Positions 1-12,312 of a stretch of DNA of 64,000 nt are shown piece after piece. A program made the position numbers and the translations under genes. Origin of the DNA: Podarcis cretensis (lineage: Eukaryota); contig OX638157.1 of the NCBI GenBank assembly GCA_951804945.1, positions 22,072,001-22,136,000 on the forward strand, given 5' to 3'. Each line of letters begins with the position of its first letter. Position 1 is the first letter of the stretch. Under the pieces are notes generated by a model, which saw nothing but the letters and a program-made list of their open reading frames with translations, was not told the DNA's origin and searched no databases.

Positions 1-449
1 ATACTGAGAGTATTTTACAGGTATGTGTACTACAGCCATCTGCAATAGTGCAGGTGGGTCTCCCAGGTTGTCTCTTTGTTTATAACAGCAGCCTGATGCA
101 CCCTGTGGCAAACCAATTTTGGAATACAGGGAAATTTCAAAGGCAGCTGGCAATCTTGGGAACTGCTTAAAGCGGGGAGGGAATTCCTAGGGTCACTAAG
201 ATCTCTGGTATAAATATCCTTGTTATTTTGTCATATAGTAGCAATAATATTTTGTTCAGGGTGTCCTTTTGCACAGTTCAAATTTGTTAGCTCTTCACCG
301 AAGGAAATTCTTCAACCAAGGAAATTACCCAGCATCAATGGTTGCTCTGACCATCCTGGAAAGAGTAGTAATCAGCTTGTGTGAGCTGTACCACTATCAT
401 CATTGCAACTTATTAATAGCCTTCAAAAGAGGTTCAGTTATATGGATCT

Positions 450-750
450 GAACCTACCAGGCTACATTCAAGGTATTGGCACCAACATATAAGGCCCTAT
501 ACAGCTCGAGAGCAGGTTACTTGAGAGACCACCATATCATTTATATACTCAGCAGGTCACTGTGGTCTGCAGGAGAACTTCTCTTGCAAGTTCCAAGGAT
601 CTTAGGAGTCCATTCCACAGTAATTTGGAGCAAGGCTTTTAGTGTGATTGCTCCTGTTCTGTGGAACAGTATTCCACAGAGATATAACAGGCCCCTACTC
701 TCTGTGATTTCTGGATAAAATTTTAGTTGTAACAAGCTTTCCCAGATAGA
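450..750 (+). mobile_element. Degenerate L2 LINE 3' fragment
   Basis: ttcaaggtattggcaccaacatataaggccct...aaggcttttagtgtgattgctcctgttctgtggaacag resembles the 3' region of the L2 copies at 34783 and 48540. Confidence 0.6.
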
Positions 751-879
751 TGAATAGGTCTCTGGGTGACACTGGATCAGTCAAGCATTCTCAGTCTGAC
801 CCACCTCACAGAGCTGTTGTGAGGACAAAATGGGGTCAGACATCACATGTACGCTGGTTTGAGCTCCTGGGAGGACAGG

Positions 880-1012
880 NNNNNNNNNNNNNNNNNNNNN
901 NNNNNNNNNNNNNNNNNNNNNNNNNNNNNNNNNNNNNNNNNNNNNNNNNNNNNNNNNNNNNNNNNNNNNNNNNNNNNNNNNNNNNNNNNNNNNNNNNNNN
1001 NNNNNNNNNNNN
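880..1012. other. Assembly gap (133 N)
   Basis: Run of N between an old SINE fragment and a minus-strand Squam3-type SINE. Confidence 0.99.
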
Positions 1013-1235
1013 TCCCGCTTTATCACTACCTGAAGAAATCTCAAAGCGGCTAACATTCTCCTTTCCCTTCCTCCCCAACAACAAACACTCTGTGAGGTGA
1101 GTGAGGCTGAGAGACTTCAGAGAAGTGTGACTAGCCCAAGGTCACCCAGCAACAGCATGTGGAGGAGCGGAGACACGAACCCGGTTCACCAGATTATGAG
1201 TCTACCGCTCTTAACCACTACACCACACTGGCTCT
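1013..1235 (-). mobile_element. Squam3-type tRNA-derived SINE (3' end lost in the gap)
   Basis: Near-identical to 2221-2477. Minus-strand head agagccagtgtggtgtagtggttaagagc has A/B-box-like motifs. Confidence 0.85.
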
Positions 1236-1519
1236 GGAAGGAAGGAAAGAAGGAAAGAATAGTGTTCTGGAAATTTTTGGGGTTTCTTGATGGGAAATAA
1301 TGGCTGACCAACTTCCTTTAAAACTGCAGTTTGAATAGAATGCTGGGTGAATTTCAGGATGTATAGGAAACAATCAATTGATTGCCCTGAACCCGGAAAT
1401 TACCCCAAAATGTCACAAAAACACCACAGAGATCAGATGTGGAGGGTCTCCATATCTAGGTATATTTAGTGCAAAAAACAAGAGAAGGCTTTTTCTCCTA
1501 GAACCATCTGCCCTGGAGG

Positions 1520-1857
1520 TAGGGATGAACTGATCCGCCAGTTTGGGTTTCTCCTAGTTTCTCATTTTACCAATCTGAAGTCAAGTTCTCCACATCTGTG
1601 CACTAGTTTGTATTTTGTCAAAATAAATCTTTACAAAAATATGTCATCATTTTAGTGTAGATCCCTCACGTTTCCATATTCAATTTTGCCAAATATACAC
1701 ATTTTTTGTATGCCATTTCCCCTAATAAAATGCATGTTGTATGCTATTTTCTTCATGCACACTTAACCCTGATATACACATTTATGTATATACTGTTTGT
1801 TTGCTTGGAGAATCACATTGCATTAAGATGTGGACCGAATGAAATCTCTTCTCCATT
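1520..1857. mobile_element. hAT-like non-autonomous DNA element (TAGGGATG terminus), same family as 11941-12312
   Basis: Starts tagggatg. Internal ...gtttctcatttt...aattttgccaaatatacacattttt resembles 11941-12312. The right end runs into an L2 fragment. Confidence 0.6.
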
Positions 1858-2140
1858 CTCCATCCCCATCGTTCAGCCCAGACACTGAGATCCAGCACCG
1901 AGGGCCTTCTGGTGGTTGCCTCATTGTGAGAAGTGAGGTTACAGGGAACCAGACAGAGGGCCTTCTCGGTAGTGGTGACCGATGTGAAGGAAATAAGCAG
2001 CTATCTTCTCTTTAAAAGACACCTGAAGGCAGCCCTGCTTAGGGAAGTTTTTAATATTTGATGCTGTTTTGTTTTTAACACTCGATTGGAAGTGCCCAGA
2101 GTGGCTGGGGAAACTCAGCCAGATGGATGGGGTATAAATA

Positions 2141-2178
<38 letters not shown>
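1858..2178 (+). mobile_element. L2 LINE 3' fragment with (AAT)n tail
   Basis: Aligns by eye to about 35447-35780 (gacactgag...gagggccttct...cagccagatgg...ggggtataaataa). Confidence 0.85.
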
Positions 2179-2210
<32 letters not shown>

Positions 2211-2220
2211 ATTATTATAC

Positions 2221-2477
2221 AAGAAGAAGAAGAAGAAGAGTTTGGATTTGATATCCCGCTTTATCACTACCTGAAGGAGTCTCAAAGCAGCTAACATTCT
2301 CCTTTCCCTTCCTCCCCCCACAACAAACACTCTGTGAGGTGAGTGAGGCTGAGAGACTGCAGAGAAGTGTGACTAGCCCAAGGTCACCCAGCAGTTGCAT
2401 GTGGAGGAGCGGGGAAGTGAACCCGGTTCACCAGATTACAAGTCTACCGCTCTTAACCACTACACCACACTGGCTCT
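2221..2477 (-). mobile_element. Squam3-type SINE with (CTT)n tail
   Basis: tRNA-like head on the minus strand, MIR-like core (gtgaccttgggctagtcac), and (CTT)n tail. Confidence 0.85.
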
Positions 2478-3559
2478 TACAGGACATCTAGTTAGCACCC
2501 TGTTTATGGTTTTGTTTTGTTTTCATGCCACAGGCTCGTTTTCTTCAGTAGATATTTTTAAAATGATCTCACTAATACTTTTTTCAAATAAAATAAAATG
2601 CTGCTCTATATTTTACCAATTTGGTCTTTCATACTTCTGGAACTTTTTTGGCTGATGGGTGCTTTAAAAATTTTTTTTTATACAGTATTGTTAGCTGCTT
2701 TGAGCACCCTTGGAAGAAAAGACAGAGTACAAATTTATGAAAACAGAGTATATGGCACACATAACTAGATGAAATGAGGATACCATGCTACTTAAATGTG
2801 GAAGACCTTGTAATACATTCATAAATTATGGCTCTTCTATCTGAGTTTCAATAATTTATATTCCTTCCATCTGTGGTTGTGTAAAAAGTATTGGTATTTT
2901 AGCCATTAGGATGAGCAAAGTGGAAGCACAGAGTGGCACTTCCTTTCAGTGACCTAGAAAATATATTCCTGTTTCAAACTGTGCCTCTCCAAAGAGCCCT
3001 GCAGGTTCGGAAAGTTAACAAGCTGTAAAGAGCTGATATATATGCTCCTGCTGTTTATCAGCTGAGCAAGGGAAAGCCCTTGTTCTAATTATATCATCAC
3101 AGTATACTTTAATTTGAGCAGAGGGCCACCCAAACTGCTTTGAGTGCCAGAACTGTGCACCCTGGTATATTTTAAAAATTAGAACTGTATCTGAACCCTT
3201 GTAGGAGGCACTTCCTGCACCAGCAGGAAACCCTAGTTAGAATTTGGGAACAAGAATTGTAGGTAAGATATAGGGGTTTGGACATTACACCATTTTAAAG
3301 AGGCTAAACGTATCCCATTTGTTTCTCCATCTGCTAGAGAGCCAGGGTTTCAGGATGCGGTCAAGATTCCCTAAAACCACATCAAAAGTAAAAGCAACAT
3401 ACCCTGAAAAGTCAATATTCAACTGTTTTTAAACACCAGTCCTTTCCCTTTTACATTCTGAAAGATACCGAACAAGCACTTCACCTTAGCAATGTAAGAA
3501 ATGTACAGATGGCAACATGCCGGAAAATAATTTATTCAAAAAACAAGGAAAGCCACTCA

Positions 3560-3748
<189 letters not shown>

Positions 3749-5194
3749 TTACTGAGTTCAATGGAAAGCAGCACTGGGAAAAAAGCCTATCACTGTATCC
3801 CCTACTAGCCAAAAACATAAGCTGCAAGTTAACTCCAGAAAGTCACTGGCCAGTTTTAGACACAATGGAAGGCCAGGGTTTCCTGTTGTATGAATGGGCC
3901 ACATTCTTGCATACTCAATCTCTACCGTTGGTTTGTTTTGCATCTCAAAAAGAGGAGATTGGCTTTAAATTCCCCATACTTCTCTGGTGTGCCCCAACTC
4001 GGAGAACTGTAGTTTGTGAAAATCATGGCTCAAACAAGGCTAAGGCTGCTTAAACTGTGGTTTAAACAAACAAGTTTTCCAAGTTGAAAGGACACTGTGC
4101 TTAGAACTGGAAGTAGATTGCTTTGGAACTTCCTTCCCTGTCCCTGACGCACCTCCTTGGGGAAAATGGTTGGTCACTGAGTGAAGCCCAGAACAGGACA
4201 TTTGCTACTGTCAAACATGGATTCCATGGATTCAGAAGCCCCATCCTCCCTTCAAGAGATTCAGAAATTAGATTCCAAGTAGCTGCATTTCAATTCAGTT
4301 TAAATGATTTGAGGTTTGCTGTAGCTGTTTCCCAACTTTATTCTTTCTACAAAGATGCTGGTGCCTTTAGAGAGAAAGTTAGGAAAAGGAGGATCAGCCT
4401 TCTATTTCTGTCTCAATACCAATGTGAATGCACTTAGCAGCTACTTAAATTCTCCGTGGGTACCTCATGCTAACCCACAAAAAGCCACACATTTAGTACC
4501 AAGTATAGGATTTAGGAAACTTTATAAACTGCAGTTCTCTGGAGAGAGAGGGGTGGTGGGAAAGAGGGAGAGAAGTTGAGTAATAAAAGGATATTCTTCA
4601 TTTCACTGAAATATACACAAATTTCAACATGCTGAGGATTAGCCGAGTCTGAATACTGGTGTTGTGTAGATCGCCTGCACTACCATTTAATGGATTTAGT
4701 GGAGCTGTGGGCATGTCCATACAAATACAGCAAAGCTCTTTTGTCTAGATCTAGAGTACTTCTGTGATGTGAAGCTTCTGTCTGATTTCAGAGACTGAAT
4801 CCTTTACCACCACCGATGTATTAAATGTGGTACTTTCTAACACGCTGAATAATGTATTCTGGTGTGTATGTTCTACACATAGTTAAGCACATAAGGAAGC
4901 CTTGGTTGCGGCATGTGCCCTTTTCCAGCACACGTAAAATGGCACAGACAATCCTGACTTCCAGGGGCTGGGTTTTTACTTAACGAACAGACTGGTGAGT
5001 GGCCAACCCAGTACAGCTGTATTATTGCACTTTTCCATGAATGGATCAAACCAGGTTTTCATCTGTTCCAGTAGACTGTCCTCAACACTGGCTCACCAAA
5101 TGCTTCGAGGAAATCCACTCCACCACATGAAAACAGCAGCCTCCCCCTGTTCAGCAAATGATATAATTCTGAGCAAAATGGAATCCCCATGCTG

Positions 5195-5470
5195 AATCAT
5201 GGCTAATAGTCACTGTCAGTCCTGTCCTCCATAAATCTGTCTAATGCCATTTTAAAACCAGCTACATCTAGAGCCATCACCATACCTTGTGACAGCAAAT
5301 TCCATAAATGAATCATGTATAGTGTTAAGAAGTACTTTTTTTTGGGGGGGGGAGTCCCGTCCTGAATCTACTGCCAGTCAATTTGTCTATCCTGAATCTA
5401 CTGCCAATCCATTTCACTGGGTGTCACTGAGTATTATGAGAGAGAGGCAGTAAATTCTTCTCCACAGACC
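5195..5470 (-). mobile_element. CR1 LINE 3' fragment
   Basis: cctgtcctccataaatctgtctaatgccattttaaaacc...aaattccat...aagaagtac is the reverse complement of the CR1 3' region also seen at 43050-43480. Confidence 0.7.
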
Positions 5471-5507
5471 TCTGTCACAAACCTCTATTACCATAAGCCT
5501 CTTTTCA

Positions 5508-5640
5508 CAGGGGTGGCAAAAAATGATGGCCTCTATATGTTGCTGAACTCCCATAGATCCCAGCTGGCACAGCCAATGCTCAGGGATAATGGGATTTGTA
5601 GTTTAACAACAGATGGAGAGCACTGTGTTGGCTGTTCCTG
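5508..5640. mobile_element. hAT-Charlie (MER3/URR1-like) MITE, degenerate
   Basis: cagggg...cctg termini. Internal tgttgctgaactccc...gggatttgtagtttaacaaca inverted structure, same family as 14737-14865. Confidence 0.6.
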
Positions 5641-6303
5641 TTCCATCATCTCCTCTCTATGTTATCTCTTTTTCCTAAGCTAAATAGCCACAAACACCTT
5701 CACTTTCTTTGAAGAGAAGATGCTCTGTCCACTTGGTTGTTCTGTTTGTTGCAGCTTCTTCAAGTTCCAGATGTTCTTTTTGTAATGCACTGCAAAGTGT
5801 ACTGAGTTTAAGAGCTGCTGCTTCTGTTCAGCACCCCAAACCTCAAAGGGGCAGGAGAGAATGAGCAAGATAAGACTGTTACTTTCCCCTCATATAGAAG
5901 AGGTACATGGATCAGAAAAAAAAGCCCATTCATCTAGTGCCCTGTTTGCAACAGTCCTTTACTTCACTTAACCACACTGGGTTAAATGCTTTCTATGAAT
6001 CTATCCCACGACGCTAACATTATATTTGAGGTTGCTATGGCAACTGGCTTTTAGTTATATAACCAAGAGAGCTGCTGGTAATATAAAATAAAGAGGGAGA
6101 TTTTAGATACAGTTCTACTGGTAACTGAAAAAAAAAGTATATTAATTTGCAATTTCAAACAAACACTTCCCTCTCATTGCAGTACAACTGATATGGGACT
6201 TGTGTAGTGGATCTAACTTTTTTGTTGTTGAAAAAAGTTATCAAAAGAACTGCCGTGTGTATTAATAAAACTATGTCAATATTATAAAGCGTATAACACA
6301 AAC

Positions 6304-9300
6304 CCCCTTCATGGATCACTGCCTTGCCGTGGTGAAGGGGCTTGAATAACTCAGAGAAGCTATGAGCTATGCCGTGCAGGGCCACCCAAGATGGACAGGT
6401 CATAGTGGAGAGTTTTGACTAAACGTGATCCACCTGGAGCAGGAACCGGCAAGCCACTCCAGTATCCCTGCCAAGAAAACTCCATGGGCAAAGACAACAG
6501 GCATATAAAAGTTATGACGCTGGAAGATGAGCCCCTCAGGTCGGAAGGCGTCCAACATGCTACCGAGGAAGAGCGGAGGACAAGTACAAGTAGATCCAGA
6601 GCTGATGAAGCGGCTGGGCCAAAGCCGAAAGGATGCTCAGTTGTGGATATGCCTGGAAGCGAATGGAAAGTCCAATGCTGTAAAGAAAAATATTGCATAG
6701 GAACCTGGAATGTAAGAACCATGAACCTTGGTAAGTTGGATGTGGTAAAAAATGAGATGGCAAGAACAAATATTGACATCCTGGGCATCAGTGAACTAAA
6801 ATGGACGGGAATGGGTGAATTCAGTTCGGATGACCATAATATCTACTACTGTGGGCAAGAATCCTGTAAAAGAAATGGAGTGGCCCTCATAGTCAACAAA
6901 AGAGTGGCAAAAGCTGTACTGGGATGCAATCTCAAAAATGATAGAATGATCTCGATACGAATCCAAGGCAGACCTTTTAACATCACAGTAATCCAAGTTT
7001 ATGCACCAACCACTGGTGCTGAAGAAACTGAAATTGACCAATTCTATGAAGACTTACAACACCTTATAGAAATGACACCAAAGAAGGATGTTCTTCTCAT
7101 TATAGGGGATTGGAATGCTAAAGTAGGAAGTCAAGAGATAAAAGGAACAACTGGCAAGTTTGGCCTTGGAGTTCAAAACGAAGCAGGGCAAAGGCTAATA
7201 AGAGTTCTGCCAAGAGAACAAGCTGGTCATCACAAACACTATTTTCCAACAACACAAGAGACGACTCTACACATGGACATCACCAGCTGGGCAGCATCGA
7301 AATCAGACTGATTATATTCTCTGCAGCCAAAGATGGAGAAGCTCTATACAGTCAGCAAAAACAAGCTGACTGTGGCTCAGATCATCAGCTTCTTATAGCA
7401 AAATTCAAGCTTAAACTGAAGAAAGTAGGAAAAACCACTGGGCCGGTAAGATACAATCTAAGTCAAATCCCTTATGTATACGCAGTGGAAGTGAGGAACA
7501 GGTTTAAGGATTTAGATTTGGTGGACAGAGTGCCTGAAGAACTATGGGTGGAGGCTCGTAACATTATACAGGAGGCAGCAACTAAAACCATCCCAGTTAA
7601 AAGGAAATGCAAGAAAGCAAAGTGGCTGTCCAATGAGGCCTTACAAATAGCGGGGGAGAGAAGGCAAGCAAAATGCGAGGGAGATAGTGAAAGATACAGG
7701 AAACTAAATGCAGATTTCCAAAAAATAGCAAGGAGAGACAAGAAGGCCTTCTTAAATGAGCAATGCAAAGAAATAGAGGAAAACAATAGAATGGGAAAAA
7801 CCAGAGATCTGTTCAAGAAAATTGGAGATATGAAAGGAACATTTCGTACAAAGATTGCCATAATAAAAGACAAAGGTGGAAAGGACCTAAGAGAAGCAGA
7901 AGACATCAAGAAGAGGTGGCAAGAATACACAGAGGAATTATACCAGAAAGATATGGATGTCTCGTATACCCCAGGTAGTGTAGTTGCTGACCTTGAGCCA
8001 GACATCCTGGAGAGTGAAGTCAAATGGGCCTTAGAAAGCACTGCTAATAACAAGGCCAGTGGAAGTGATGATATTCCAGCTGAACTATTTAAAATTTTGA
8101 AAGATGATGCTGTTAAGGTGCTACACTCAATACGCCAGCAAATTTGGAAAACTCAGCAGTGGCCAGAGGATTGGAGAAGATCAATCTACATCCCAATCCC
8201 AAAGAAGGGCAGTGCCAAAGAATGCTCCAACTACCGCACAATTGCACTCATTTCACACGCTAGCAAGGTTATGCTTAAAATTCTACAAGGCAGGCTTAAG
8301 CAGTATGTGGACCAAGAACTCCCAGAAGTGCAAGCTGGATTTCGAAAGGGCAGAGGAACCAGAGACCAAATTGCAAACATGCACTGGATTATGGAGAAAG
8401 CTAGAGAGTTCCAGAAAGACATCCACTTCTGCTTCATTGACTATGCAAAAGCCTTTGACTGTGTCGACCTCAGCAAACTATGGAAAGTACTTAAAGAAAT
8501 GGGAGTGCCTGATCACCTCATCTGTCTCCTGAGAAAACTCTATGTGGGACAAGAAGCTACAGTTAGAACTGGATATGGAACAACTGATTGGTTCAAAATT
8601 GGGAAAGGAGTACGGCAAGGCTGTATATTGTCTCCCTGCTTATTTAACTTATATGCAGAATTCATCATGCGAAAGGCTGGGCTGGATGAATCCCAAGCCA
8701 GAATTAAGATCGCTGGAAGAAATATCAACAACCTCAGATATGCAGATGACACAACCTTGATGGCAGAAAGTGAGGAATTAAAGAACCTTTTAATGAGGGT
8801 GAAAGAGGAGAGCGCAAAATATGGTCTGAAGCTCAACATCAAAAAAACGAAGATCATGGCCACTGGTCCCATCACCTCCTGGCAAATAGAAGGGGAAGAA
8901 ATGGAGGCAGTGAGAGATTTTACTTTCTTGGGCTCCATGATCACTGCAGATGGTGACAGCAATCACGAAATTAAAAGACGCCTGCTCCTTGGGAGAAAGG
9001 CAATGGCAAACCTAGACAACATCTTAAAAAGCAGAAACATCACCTTGCCAACAAAGGTCCGTAGAGTTAAAGCCATGGTCTTCCCAGTAGTGATGTATGG
9101 AAATGAGAGCTGGACCATAAAGAAGGCTGATCGCCGAAGAATTGATGCTTTTGAATTATGACGCTGGAGGAGACTCTTAAGAGTCCCATGGACTGCAAGA
9201 AGATCAAACGTATCCATTCTTAAGGAAATCAGCCCTGAGTGCTCACTGGAAGGACAGATCATGAAGCTGAGGCTCCAATACTTTGGCCACCTCATGAGAA

Positions 9301-9513
9301 GAGAAGACTCCCTGGAAAAGACCCTGATGTTGGGAAAGATGGAGGACACAAGGAGAAGGGGACGACAGAGGACGAGATGGTTGGACACTGTTGTCGAAGC
9401 TACAAACATGAGTCTGACCAAACTGCGGGAGGCAGTGGAAGATGGAGTGCCTGGCGTGCTTTGGTCCATGGGGTCACGAAGAGTCGGACACGACTAAACG
9501 ACTAACCAACAAC
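6304..9513 (+). mobile_element. Full-length BovB (RTE-clade) LINE, inactivated
   Basis: BovB 5' UTR (cttcatggatcactgccttg...gggccacccaagatggac), APE endonuclease (IGTWNVRTMN, ISELKW, VYAPT, IIGDWNAKVG), RT (FIDYAKAFD, GVRQGCILSP, LRYADD), and 3' end gagtcggacacgactaaacgact plus CAA tail. 11-bp TSD ataacacaaac at 6293-6303 and 9514-9524. Confidence 0.97.
6415..9505 (+). pseudogene. BovB endonuclease/reverse-transcriptase ORF, disrupted
   Basis: +1 insertion near 7201 (QRLI/EFCQ), ~8-bp deletion near 7365 (KT[RPG]ADC), TGG>TGA stop at 9159-9161, and 1-bp deletion near 9443. The last two are confirmed against the other BovB copies in the window; the first two rely on my recall of the consensus but match the observed frame change. 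Confidence 0.9.
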
Positions 9514-10338
9514 ATAACACAAACGGAAAGCCTCCTTTCCTGTGCATACTCTTTCACAAACAAACAAACAGCCTTAATATAATCAAATTCATTTGGTCTG
9601 ATATGCAAATTAGTTGACAAGGACTCCACTCGTGGCTACAGGTCTGTGCTCAGTTACAGCTCAAGCCTATGAAGTAAATCCCATTTGTGTTCAGTAAGGC
9701 TTACTTCCAGGTCAGCATGCAGAAGACCCCAGGATATTTCTAGTCCAGAGGAGGTTGAAAAGTGAGGCAGACTGCTGAGCCTGGCGGGCAGGCAAGCCAA
9801 ACAGAAAGCAGTGAAGAGTGAAGCAGTTTGGGGTTGTCAAGTGATGGCTTCATTTGAGTGTTGTTAGTTGTTGCCCATGTCTCAGAAGCTTGGCTGGCCT
9901 CAGCTACAAGTCAGGCATTGAGTGTTGCCAGCCCCATGCTGCGGAATGCTCTTCCAGCAGAAATTCGGCATGCATCCTTGCTGCTAACTTTCAGGTGTCT
10001 CCTAAAGAACTTTTTCTGCTGTTAGGTCTCATCAGTGGCTTCATTTCTATTTTCAGATGAGTCAACCATTCTTGCAATTATTCTGTATTGTTTTATGTTA
10101 TTATATATTTTATTGCATTTGCATAGATTATCGTACACCACTTTGATATTGTACATGAGTGGGCAGTATGTGAATACTTGTATAAATAAAACAAAGAAAG
10201 TTTTGTCTTGACTTAAAAGAAGAGCTGTTCCGACTGAGCAATCAGACCACAGTCAAGGGGTTTAGTAGGGCCTGGTCAAACTTCATAGGACCACTGTTTC
10301 ATCTGAGTCCTGTTGAGCTTCTACCACCATATGCAATA

Positions 10339-10564
10339 CAGTGGTACCTCGGGTTAAGTACTTAATTCGTTCCGGAGGTCCGTTCTTAACCTGAAACTGT
10401 TCTTAACCTGAAGCACCACTTTAGCTAATGGGGCCTCCTGCTGCCACTGTGCCGCCACGGCACGATTTCTGTTCTCATCCTGAAGCAAAGTTCTTAACCT
10501 GAGGTAATATTTCTGGGTTAGCGGAGTCTGTAACCTGAAGCGTCTGTAACCTGAGGTACCACTG
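10339..10564. mobile_element. Tc1/mariner (Tigger/pogo-like) MITE, family A
   Basis: TIRs cagtggtacctc...gaggtaccactg, 5' TA flank, internal aacctgaag repeats. Six related copies occur in the window. Confidence 0.9.
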
Positions 10565-11123
10565 TTTGCCCAAACAGAATAGAAATGCCCAAGTACAAAA
10601 TGTCAGCAGCTCCCTCGTGTGGTAAGCTGGTATATTACATATCCCTCTCAGATACTGGTCACATGCAGTTGCGCATAATTTGAAAAATGTGAGCTCACAT
10701 TTTAAGTTCCTATACTACATTTTCAAAACAAATAATCTTCCTTCTGGATGGTACTCAAGAAAAACTGGCTGTGAGACTTTACAGCGGATGACTGTGGATA
10801 GCAGTGATTGGTTAGAAACTGTGAAATCAAGAACCTAAAGCAGCTTTTTCAAAAATAATGTAATAAAAACTGAGTCTGACATATAATATGCGTATTCTGT
10901 TTGCTTTTTGAAAAAGTTGGCAGCCTGCTTGAAGCTTCTACTGCCAAGTCAGTGTAAAGAATAGAGAACCAGGTGGGCCAATCGTACAAGGCAGCTCCCT
11001 AGGATTTGCATGCATGCTTGCACAAACGTCCTCTCTCCACCCTCCTCCTAAAACTAAAGGCTTGATGTTCCATCTTTAACATATTGCTGAATTTGTGCAA
11101 CTACAGCTTTACATACATATATA

Positions 11124-11435
11124 CAGTGGTGCCTCGCAAGACGAAAATAATCTGTTCCGCGAGTCTCTTCGTCTAGCGGTTTTTTCGTCTTGCGAAGCAT
11201 ACCTATTAGCGGTTTAGCGGATTAGCGCTATTAGCGGCTAAGTGGCTATTAGCAGCTTAATGGCTTAGAAAAAGGGGGGGGGAGGAAAAAAACTCGCAAG
11301 ACTCGCAAGACGTTTTCGTCTTGCGAAGCAAGCCCATAGGGAAATTCGTCTTGCGAAGCGCCTCGAAAAACAGAAAACCATTTCGTCTAGCGGGTTTTTC
11401 GTCTTGCGAGGCATTCGTCTTGCGGGGCACCACTG
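11124..11435. mobile_element. Tc1/mariner (Tigger-like) MITE, family B
   Basis: TA|cagtggtgcctcgcaagacgaa...ttcgtcttgcggggcaccactg|TA. CpG-rich, so probably young. Internal attagcg repeats. Confidence 0.9.
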
Positions 11436-11940
11436 TACCTCACTACATTTGATACATTATGTTCAAACAGGGAGTCCAATGCCATTTAAATACATAATTC
11501 ACAAAGGCAAAAATGCATATATTCCACTTACTAAATTTAGTTGTTTTGCTTTTGTTCTTTTATGATCAAACTAAATCATTTGTAGTCCAAATTATTTAAG
11601 CCACAAGGTGGTGGTATAACAAGTGAGGCTACAAACTTGGTATAACAAGTAAATATCATGCCAAGTACTCTAGAGGTCCTGTGAAAATATTTTGCTACTT
11701 ATATATCAGTTAGCACTATTAAAAAATTAACAAAACTCACAAAGCAGAGAAAGATGTACTTTTGGAACCAGTTTGCAGTTAGCTATGAAAGATCAGAATG
11801 AACTTTCTTTTAAAAAAATGAACAGAGCAAGAGGCTTTTTTAATAAAGGAAACTGGATGCATTTCACTAAAATGCAATTTGTCAGTAAACTAAATATTTC
11901 ATGAAAACCGAGAGCATCTGTATATTTACTCAAGTAGAGG

Positions 11941-12312
11941 TAGGGATGGGTGAATTTTTCAGTGCTAATTCCTCTCAGTTTCTCATCTTTTCCAGTCTTA
12001 AATTCAGTTATCTCCATTTCTACATCAGTTTGACCTTTTGGCACCAGGAAAATTTGTACACATTTCCCGCATGAATTTCTCCCAATATATAGATGTTTGC
12101 AAGTGATTTTCACCAAAATACACATTTTTGTGCACTTTCCCCTAATATATACTTTTGTACACTTTTTTTAAAAAAGGAATTGCATTGCAAAATTCAGAGA
12201 AGTGCAAATTTTTAAGGACAGTTGAGTTTTGATTCATATATTGGTTCAGGCATTGCAAATTAGATAAATCTGCATCAAAATGTAAACCAGTTGGATGTTT
12301 CTTGCATTCCTA
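11941..12312. mobile_element. hAT (Ac-like terminus) non-autonomous element
   Basis: tagggatg...cattccta termini. 8-bp TSD agtagagg (11933-11940) / agtagaag (12313-12320). Confidence 0.75.

Noticed and set aside
7472-9469. Long minus-strand ORFs (193, 140 and 168 aa), and the similar plus-strand ORF 36330-36914
   Set aside because: Antisense shadows of the BovB coding sequence.
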